From NCBI RefSeq assembly GCF_006345805.1, contig NW_021834633.1, forward strand, positions 1 to 46,446: DNA of 46,446 bases, in the 5' to 3' direction. The notes under the pieces were generated by a model. The model was not told the DNA's origin. It did not search any database and saw only the letters and a list, made by a program, of their open reading frames with translations. Both the position numbers and the translations under genes were made by a program. Source of the stretch: Octopus sinensis. Lineage: Eukaryota. This document shows, piece after piece, positions 36,978 to 46,446 of this stretch (positions are counted from its first letter, which is position 1; every line of letters starts with the position of its first letter).

Positions 36978-37315
36978 GGCGGCGAGTTGGCAGAATGCCT
37001 TTTAAATGCTTAGGGGCATTTCGTCCCTCTTGATGTTCTGAGTCGTAATTCCGCTGAGATCGTCTTTCATCGATTTGGGGTCGATAACATAATTACCAGT
37101 TGAGCCCTGTGGGTGGCTGTGATCGACCCACAGTGCTTCCTCTCTCGAACTTGCTGGCCATATGCCAAAATTTCAAACAAATATCTCAGTCGATTAATGC
37201 AGCGATCTGCAAGAATCGTTAGCACGTCGAATGAAATGTCTAGCGTCATTTTGTCCGTCGACACTGAGGTCAACGCTGCCTGACATCCTTTCCGGTCGAC
37301 GAAATAAGTACCAAC
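36978..37315 (+). mobile_element. Two older Meta-like SINE copies (36978-37183 and 37197-37315)
   Basis: Head GGCGGCGAGTTGGCAGAA and diverged cores. Confidence 0.7.
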
Positions 37316-38029
37316 AAAGAACTGGTGTTGATATAAACAACTTCTCACTTCCCTGAAAATCTGTAGGTCTTATGAAACCAATATATTACCTGAAACCAAT
37401 ATATTACTTGATTTAAATTGTGTATCCTGGCAACCAAATGTTTTATTATTGATTACTCATAGGCAGGGATGAAATTCCAATTCGAATGCTGCACGCTGTT
37501 AGAGAGCCGATACATTTGCTGTTGTCCATTTTTCAAAGGATCAAACAGAATGGTATTCCATATCTGTGTATTTATTCTAGGTTTTCGGTATTTAGTTCCG
37601 TGAGCACTAAATTTGTAGATGAACAAAAAATACCGTTAGAAATAAAGAGGATGCTAATGTAACTGTCATAGAATATATAAGCACACGCTGAGAAAACTGA
37701 GAAAATTGCTTGTAACGTGTCTGTAACGGAAAATACATAAGTTTCTAGTATCTGTGTTTGTAAGTTGTGTAGAAGTGCAGTAACTTTTAACTTTGAGTTG
37801 CAATGCGTTAGCTATCAAATAACTATCAAATAACAGACTGTGCCAGTATCGGTGATCAAAAATTATGTAACTCACTTATTCTATACATACAAAAGTCAGA
37901 ACTGTATTTTATGATAGTTGCCGAAGCTTGAAATATCTTGTGGCTCGTAAAGCTGTCGTCCTGACGTTCATTTATCATGTCTCTCTCCGTCTGTGTCTGT
38001 CTGTCAGTCTCTGACATGTACATATATAC

Positions 38030-38094
38030 ATAGACATGAATATATGCATACATTCATATACGTATATATATATAATATATATTATATATATAGA

Positions 38095-38128
<34 letters not shown>

Positions 38129-38330
38129 ATATATATATATATATATATAGTATATATATATATATATATTTACATATATATATATATGTAATATATTATA
38201 TATATATATATATATATATACAGAATAGAGATAGAGAGAGAGTAGGAGAGAGGAGGAGAGAGAGAGAGAGAGAGAGAGAGAGTTATACGGAGTATCTTTG
38301 GCTCTCATCTATGGACTTTATATATATATA
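38030..38330. repeat. (TA)n/(GA)n microsatellite
   Basis: Direct inspection. Confidence 0.95.
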
Positions 38331-38430
38331 TAATTTCTTTAATGGCATTATTAATTCTGCTGGACTAGGGCACTAGTCAGTTTCGAAAAAGTAGGCGTCG
38401 TAGCTGCTTAATAATGTCAATACGACGCTT

Positions 38431-38606
38431 ACTTTTTCGAACTTGCTGGCCTTGTTCCAAAATTTGAAAGTAATACTAAATGGATGTAATGCGTGTGGGC
38501 TGGCTGAATCGTTAGTACGTCGGGCAAAATGCTTAGCGGTATTTGTCCGTTTTTATTTTCAAATCCGCCGAGGTCGAGTTTGCCTTTTTATCTTCAGGGG
38601 TTCATG
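38431..38606 (+). mobile_element. Meta-like SINE tail fragment followed by a head/core fragment
   Basis: TCGAACTTGCTGGCCTTGTTCCAAAATTTGAAA tail, then GCTGGCTGAATCGTTAGTACGTCGGGC head. Confidence 0.65.
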
Positions 38607-38999
38607 TTAAAGAATGGCATATTTAATTTTGATTGGATATTTAAGTAGGTTATGAGAACTATGATGAAATTGAACTTCTTATATACTCTGTTAATTTCTG
38701 TTGTTTTCACCGTGAGAATATGTAATGCGGCAATAATTTTAGCCGAGAATTATGGCGGTGTACTTTTAGATAGATACAAGTGATGTTTGGTTTGTTTTGA
38801 TAAGTTAGACACTTATACCGTGGAAAGAAAAACACGAAGCAAGTAGACATCTATATGTTATGCAAAGCCGGAAACCAAGATAAAGTGATAAAAAGATCAA
38901 GATGAAATAGATAACAGGTGCTGAAAGAGGGTAAAATGATAGGGAGATGTGAGTGTGTATGAGTAAGTGTCTGAGACTGAGACAGTGTAAAAGAAAGAG

Positions 39000-39045
<46 letters not shown>

Positions 39046-39659
39046 AAGAGTTAGAGTATGAGAGCGAGGAAGCTACGGTTACATGTTTTCATTAAAGTTA
39101 AAAATCTGTCAACAAGATTTCTGTTGCATAAAATGTTGTGTAAATATAGGGAAAGATAAAGCTATTGTTTACACTTTAAAAGTGAATGTTTACAGAGGGT
39201 ATATACAATATAGAATTCAATCTATTCAGGTAACAGCTTAGAGAGGTAGCGCAGTTTGTTGAGACACGCTTTAAACTCCCTCCCGCATTATCTTAATGCT
39301 AAACATTTAGCGTTTCATTCCCCGGTTTATTCGCTGATTCGATTATTCTTTTACACTTTTACTGTTTTTAATTCAATAGACTACAAAAACAGCCGAATAC
39401 ACACTTCACCGATTTAAGGGATCATGTTTTGGTCCATTGGTCATTTCAATTACGCAGTTGTTTTATCCAACTTTACTTTTATAGGACAGAATGGGGCACA
39501 ACATAAACGACACCGATGTTGATATCAATGAAAAGATAACACAGCAGCATAGAAACCTTATGCGCGCATATACAGACGCGCACTCGCACATACACAAAAA
39601 GACAAAACGCTCATACGTATGTGCGCATTAGACAGCAACAAATGTGATCTTCTACTTAA

Positions 39660-39860
39660 TATGGTAGGTCCGCAAATAAAAAAAATAAAATGACGCATTC
39701 CATTCCTGGACTGGCGGTTCAGTGTGGTTCTGGACAGAACACTTCATTTCAGTTAGCTTTAGATTACTCAAATCAAAATGGATATGAAGCGACATCGAAT
39801 GCAACATTGATTCTTTCGATACTCGTCTGGGTCAAGGACGGGAAGGCCACGGAAGTAATG
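39660..39860 (+). mobile_element. Possible ancient CORE-like SINE
   Basis: GTGTGGTTCTGGACAGAACACTTCATTTCAGTT resembles the family-B core. Confidence 0.35.
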
Positions 39861-39919
39861 TCTAATTATCGCTACTTACAGAAAAGAGTTACGTGTAGAC
39901 AGCTCATACGTCCTACGCT

Positions 39920-40045
39920 CTTTAATATATATATATACATACGCAAACACATGTATCTATATATGTGTTGTGTATGTGTGTATGTAAATTAATATATATT
40001 ATCTATATATATATAATATATATCTATATATATATATATATATAT

Positions 40046-40089
<44 letters not shown>

Positions 40090-40260
40090 GTGGTGTTTGT
40101 GTGTGAAAGTATGTGTATGTTTGCGTGTCTGTGTTTGTCCCCCCCCCCCCGCATTCACTTGAAAACCGATGTGGTGTATTTTACGTCCCCGTAACTGAGC
40201 GATTCTCCAAAGTACTAGGCTTAGAAATTATAAATCCTGGGGACGACTTGTTGGACTAGG
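39920..40260 (+). mobile_element. (TA)/(TG) tract followed by an orphan 3' half of SINE family A
   Basis: GTGTCTGTGTTTGTCCCCC...TTACGTCCCCGTAACTGAGCG...AGTACTAGGCTT. Confidence 0.75.
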
Positions 40261-40794
40261 ATACAAGTCGAAGCTTGTATCCTAACCACGCACCCGTGCT
40301 TCACATATATCGTCTTTAGACTTATCATTATTCCGTTTCCAGATTCCATTTACCGATGTAATTCCCACGTTTTACAAACAATCACGCCTAAGAAGATTAC
40401 TGCTTAAAAAATCGATTTTATGCTTGTCTCCTCTTAAACCCTGACAACCATGTATTCTAATTTCATCTTGTGTGTCTGCTATATCAGCTTTAATTAAAGT
40501 TTATATCAATAAAGCTTCCTACGTATATTTAGGTCTCTATACATCATGATTTATCTCTTGGCACTTAGCCAAATATTAATTGCATCAAAAATGCAAAAAC
40601 GAAAAGGATAGGTATATCTTCGAATTCAAAATTTACACGCGACACATTTCTCCCCTTCATGTCGTTAGCTCAAGACTGTGACCTAAAATGAATGCTCATA
40701 AAGAACAAAATATAATACCGCTTATAGTGTGACCCTTCTAACATTAAAATTATGACCAGTCTAAGTCGGCTACAACGTGTGAGGAGTCTTTAAT

Positions 40795-41226
40795 GAAATC
40801 GTTAGCACGCCGGGCGAAATGCGTAGCCGTATTTCGTCTGCCGTTATGTTCTGAGTTCAAATTCAGCAGAGGTCGACTTTGCCTTTCATCCTTTTCGGGG
40901 TCGATAAAATAAGTACCAGTCACACACTGGTGTCGATATAATCGACTTAATCCGTTTGTCTGTCCTTGTTTGTCCCCCCACTGTGTTTAGCCCCTTGTGG
41001 GCAATAAAGAAATAAGAATCGTTAGCACATAGAACAAACTTCTTAGTGACATTTCAACGGTCCTTACGATCTGATTTTAAATTATGTCGAGGTCAACTTT
41101 GCCCTTCACCGTTTCACCCTTTCGGGGTTGATAAATGAAGAATCAGTTAAACTCTTGGACCCCTGTACTAAACCTACCAGTTTCCCTCGATATTGCTAGC
41201 ATTGTGTTGAAATTTGAAACCAAACT
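40795..41226 (+). mobile_element. Young Meta-like SINE (40795-41016) fused to an older copy (41017-41226)
   Basis: The tail GCAATAAAGAAATAA joins directly to GAATCGTTAGCAC of the older copy. Confidence 0.85.
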
Positions 41227-41670
41227 GTAGGATCACTTCAAATCTTTAATAAATCTCTACAATGTTCTTACAGGTTTTTTTCATTATCATCATACGAAAG
41301 TTATACTAATGAGGCTGAAACTAATAGGAAAGTTATTTCTAATTTGAATAATACTTGCGAGGCTAAAATATTCAACAAGCCTGTAGCAAATGTTAATTGG
41401 TGAGCAAATTACGATAGAAAGTCACAAAGTTTAGGAATAATGAGTTAAGTTCGACATATGAACCACGTGTCTCAACTTACAAATGATTGCTGTTGGCTTC
41501 GATCAAATCGATCGTTTCGTTTATACATTTGTATTGGACCAGTTACCAGCAAGAATTATTTACATCCGTCTTCACTTCACTTTAGTAAGGAAAAGAAACA
41601 CATATCTTTAGTGAGTAACCTGACATACCTCATTATTCTCACTACGACAGGGTAGAGGGTCTAAATATAT

Positions 41671-42082
41671 ACTCTTTTACTCTTTTATTTGTTTCAGTCA
41701 TTTGACTGCGGCCATGCTGGAGCACCGCCTTTAATCGAGCAACTCGACCCCAGGACTTATTCTTTTGTAAGCCCAGTACTTATTTTATCGGTTTCTTTTG
41801 CCGAACCGCTTAGTTACGGGGATATAAACACACCAGCATCGGTTGTCAAGCAATGTTGGGGGGACAAACACAGACACACAAACACATACACACACACATA
41901 TATATATATACATATATACGACATGCTTCTTTCAGTTTCCATCTACCAAATCCACTCACAAGGCTTTGGTCGTCCTGAGGCTATAGTAGAAGACACTTGC
42001 CCAAGGTGCCACGCAGTGGGACTGAACCCGGGACCATGTGGTTGGTAAACAAGCTACTTACCACACAGCCACTCCTGCGCCT
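41671..42082 (-). mobile_element. SINE family A, full length
   Basis: Family match. Confidence 0.92.
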
Positions 42083-42377
42083 ATAGGTACCCAGATAAAG
42101 TAATACCTTCTGGTTTCTTTATAGCATCAGCAAAGGTTAGTATGAGGTTCCAGGATCTGAGGAGGCTCCGGGGCAAACGTTCTGGTCAGTGTTTCCATGC
42201 ATTAAGATAGCAACTAACTTCGATAGAAATAAGTAATTGTAAATGTTTTTAAAGTAATTGCTTGGAATAGCAACTATTCTTCGCAATGTTCTTGAAGTGA
42301 GCAAGTGTCAATTAGTCTGCTGGCTGTGGACAGCTAACACTTTCCCTCATACCAAACAAAATAAGCTGTTAATTTTC

Positions 42378-42378
<1 letters not shown>

Positions 42379-42443
<65 letters not shown>

Positions 42444-42470
42444 CAACAACAACAACAATAACAACAACAA
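42379..42470. repeat. (AAT)n grading into (AAC)n
   Basis: Direct inspection. Confidence 0.95.
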
Positions 42471-42480
42471 TCCGTTACTG

Positions 42481-42664
42481 GGGAATTTGGGGAGTGGGGG
42501 TAAGTCGCTTAAATCGACTCCAGTGTTTTACTGTTATTAATTTATCGACCCCGAAAGGATGAAAGGCAAAGTAGACCTCAGCAGAATTTGAAATCAGAAC
42601 GCAGCTACGGGCGAAACACTTTTAAGCGTTTCATCCAGGGTGCTAACGATCCTGCCAGCTCACC
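42481..42664 (-). mobile_element. Meta-like SINE
   Basis: Core TTTATCGACCCCGAAAGGATGAAAGGCAAAG and head CTGCCAGCTCACC (plus-strand reading). Confidence 0.8.
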
Positions 42665-43389
42665 TTATAATAATCACAATAACTTTGGAAAATGGTGGCG
42701 TTATCTCGAATTTGTTTTGCAAACTACTTGATGTGAACTCATAGAACTCAAAGGTAAAATGGAGGATTCATTTGAAGCTGTTCAATTTGTTAAGATTTGT
42801 ATTAATACATAAGCTACCTATATACATATACGTACGTGTGTGTATACACACGTACTAGGTGACTTTTAAAGAAACGTCAGAGAGGAAGTTTTACAATTTA
42901 TGTAGGAAATATAAATGTTTTTGCGAAGCATTTATTTCCTCGCCTCTAAACTGTTGGCCAATATTAATCATCGCACACTATCCCAGAGACTTTTAAAACT
43001 TGCAAATAAGAAATAAACTTTTGTTATATTTGGAACCGAGTCGACTGAACTATAAGTTATATTTTGACGCAAGACTTTGTTGTTGAAAGGATTGTTTTGA
43101 AGAAAAAATTTGGCTGGGATCCAGACGTCAAAGAATATCAATAAAACATTGACTTCCTAGGTTGCTGAACCTTTTCTGATTCATCACAATTTTAATAGTG
43201 CAATACAATTCAATGTATTGTTTAGAATTATTTCGAAAGAGGAACGATTGAACGATGAAGAATCAGATTCAATACAGAACGGAAACGTCGATTAAAAAGG
43301 AAAACAACAGAAAATCATTTGTTCTAAAATCGGCAACTACAAATGTGTGTAATTCGTATAATGATGTTACATCTAAATGTTAATACAGA

Positions 43390-43720
43390 GAGTAGCGTTT
43401 ACACATACATACATACATACATACATACATACATACATACATACATACATACATACATACATACATACATACACAGCAGTACACACGTGGATACATGTAT
43501 ATGAACATAATCTCGACTCAGTTTACTATCAGTATGTATACGTATTCATGTATACACACACACGTACACACACACACACACACCCTCATAAACACACTCA
43601 TATATATATGTAAATATATAGATATAGTTTATATATCGCAGGATACAAATAATATATATATATATATATATATATATCTTTAAAGTTAATATAATCCTAG
43701 ATATATATATGTATACATAT

Positions 43721-43766
<46 letters not shown>

Positions 43767-44410
43767 TATATATAATATATATATATATAATGTATGTATA
43801 TGTATTGGATTCTGTGTATGCGTGTGCATGTCTGCATATTACATGAGACATGTATTTTTATGTTTGTCTGTATCCTCTGTTTCTCTTGATATTGGCGCAG
43901 ACTCCGTTATGATATTTAGCCTAGGCTCATAGCACGTCAATATAAAAGCAATGGCAGACACAAACTCACGTGCCGTGAACATTACCAAACCGTTTTAAAT
44001 GTATGAATGTATCTATGTATATATGTTTGTATGTAAGTATTTATCTCCCAATCTCTCGCCATCTCTCTCCTCTCTCACTTTGTGTCCCTCTCCTTCTCTC
44101 TCCCTCCCTGTCTCTCTCCCTCTGTCTCTTTTCTCTCTATATATATATGTATAGGTATATAATATATATATATTTATATATATGTATATATATATATACA
44201 TGTGTGTGTGTCTGTATGTATATATATATATATATGTGTGTGTGTTATGCATATATATATATGCCTGTGTGTTGTATATTTATATATTATACATTTATAC
44301 ATACCGCACGACAACACACACCACACACCACATAAACATATATAATATATATATATATATATATATACTATTATATATATTATATACCTTACAATACATT
44401 ATATATTAAT
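43390..44410. repeat. Compound (CATA)/(CA)/(TA)/(CT)/(TG) microsatellite blocks
   Basis: Direct inspection. Confidence 0.9.
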
Positions 44411-45321
44411 ATATTACAAATTTAGCTTTTACTAATTCAACAGTTCTTCAGAAGCTCAAGCCGATTGTCTCTGCTAAAGTAATAAATCTGTGTATATAAA
44501 CTATTCATTGCTATTATGCTTACATCATAATGAAGCCTTCTTGAGCTCCACGGATTTCTTAATATTTGATTAGTAGCTTATATGTGAATATATTTATATA
44601 CATATGAGTCTGTGTACGTGTATATGTGTGTTTGTGATTGCGTGTGTGTATGTGTGTCCTATAACTACTACTATAAGTCGAAGTCATGCCAAATAAATAG
44701 CAGAATTCCTGAGTTGCATCGGATACATCAGGAAATTATACAATCATTCTAAATATATGGAAAATTAACTTAATTTGTTTGTGTTTTCTTTTTGAATTTA
44801 CAATGATTTCTATCAGAGACAGAAAAGTTGGTGGATCTTTCACCGACATCCTGCTCTATTGTTAAACCTTACATGGACGCGGCAATACTAATAATACAAT
44901 TGAACTGTTCAATAATATTTCAAATGGAGTCCGCCCATTGTTTTCAGACGAAATCATTATTTTATACACATCATTATTCATTACTCTGCAATTATTTACA
45001 TTGTTTCGTTAAACAGATATTATAAAACTATTCAAAATATAAATTCAGCCAATTTTTGTTATTTGTCATCCATGTTATTTTAGATGCCGCCATTTTATAT
45101 TAAACAAACAATATATGCAAATCTCTGTCAAAGGCATTTGCAACGAATTTTGTCCTATGATTTATTATAAAAATGATATCAGTTTTAAAAGTAATGTCAT
45201 TTGTTTCAATCAACTACATATAGCATATCGAATTCTGCATTACTCTTTTACAAAAAAGAAGATATTAAATGTTCGGTATTATATATATTCATATGCTGAT
45301 TTATATAGTTACATATATATA

Positions 45322-45361
<40 letters not shown>

Positions 45362-45445
45362 TATATATTATATATATATATAACCGTGTATAGTGATAGA
45401 TAGTGCACAGATGTGTGTGGTTATATATACTTATATATATATTAT

Positions 45446-45756
45446 GTTCTTTTGTTCTTATATTTTCAGACATTTGATTGAAGCCATGCCGGAGCAAAGA
45501 CCTTAAAGATTTAGTAGTCGAAGAAATCGACTCCAGGACTTAATCTTTGTAAGTCTAGTACATATTCTATAATCCCTTTTGCCAGAGCCCTAAGTTTTGA
45601 ACACAAATACACTAACATCGATGGTGGTTGGCAAAAACAGACACAAATACATAAATGCACACACACACATATATATGTATATGGGCTTCTTTCAGTTTCA
45701 GTCTACCACATCCCCTCACAAGGCATACTTCTTATAACTCACCCATTCCTGCGCCT
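45446..45756 (-). mobile_element. Degenerate SINE family A with an internal deletion
   Basis: Tail and head termini are recognisable; much of the core is missing. Confidence 0.7.
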
Positions 45757-45966
45757 ATATATATACATATATATATATGCGTGTAAACATATATATATGT
45801 GTATAGGCATATATCTTTACATACACCACATATATATATATACATAGCATTATATATATATATATATATATATACTGAATATATATATATATCATATATA
45901 TAATATATATATATATATTATTATAGATATATATATAGATATATATATATAATATATATATATATA
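45757..45966. repeat. (TA)n-rich microsatellite
   Basis: Direct inspection. Confidence 0.95.
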
Positions 45967-45976
45967 CGCATGGGGC

Positions 45977-46446
45977 ATGAAGTTGCAACAGAAAGCGAGC
46001 GTGGAATTTATGTTAATTTTGCTGCGGAGGACATTAAACGTTGTTGTCACGCTTACGGCGACATGGTAATCAATGTTCGAGTGTTGCAGTCGTTCGGAAA
46101 GCGGAAGAACATTCCTGGAAACCGACGAGCATCTGAATATACCGACAGGTGTGCCCAGACCTGGAAATTTGTAGAAAATTCAGAAGAATCGTCGTAGGAA
46201 CAATGAACAACATGCTGATGTTATTGGTAGTCATATGGTTCCTTGCAGACGATCCGAAAATCTGAACTGAAAATGTGGTGTGATTGTGCAAATTTTTCCC
46301 CACGCGCTGACCCTTCAGACGAAATAATTTGGAGTCCAAAACTGTCAGGATCTCCGTAAGTGTGCCGCTGATGAGCCATCCATCATATCGACAATCATCA
46401 CCCATGACTTGAGTGGGGTCAAAAGGGATGACCTTAAAACAAAGCA
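45977..46446 (+). pseudogene. Decayed mariner transposase, N-terminal half (runs off the window end)
   Basis: Across frames: [17 protein letters not shown], and QIFPHALTLQTK*FGVQNCQDLRKCAADEPSIISTIITHDLSGV...DLKTK. This resembles the mariner pattern KFVPxxLT...RVxxCQDL...DPxFLxxIITGDESWV...DPETK. Confidence 0.8.

Overview
AT-rich eukaryotic non-coding DNA with no recognisable intact host protein-coding exon. The repeat families point to a cephalopod, probably Octopus (inference from the SINE families, not a database result). The window is a mosaic of long (TA)/(CA)/(CATA)/trinucleotide microsatellites, about 35 copies or fragments of tRNA-headed SINEs (CORE-like and Meta-like), decayed Tc1/mariner and RTE-like fragments, and Penelope-like element (PLE) remnants. 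Almost all ORFs in the supplied track are microsatellite or SINE artefacts. The most notable signal is a set of type-I hammerhead-ribozyme folds. Four have complete folds (1323-1407, 17773-17819, 31133-31221, 34828-34911), belong to three families unrelated outside the core, and share a non-canonical CCGANGA core, a self-complementary stem III and a GUA cleavage triplet. A fifth (24106-24141) is a more deviant variant. All five lie about 50-240 nt upstream of an element end that abuts a (TA)n tract, and one is attached to a PLE with a GIY-YIG endonuclease remnant and a 160-bp inverted duplication. Secondary signals are recurrent fold-back palindromes, tandem SINE arrays with only one head, and head/tail swapping among SINE families.
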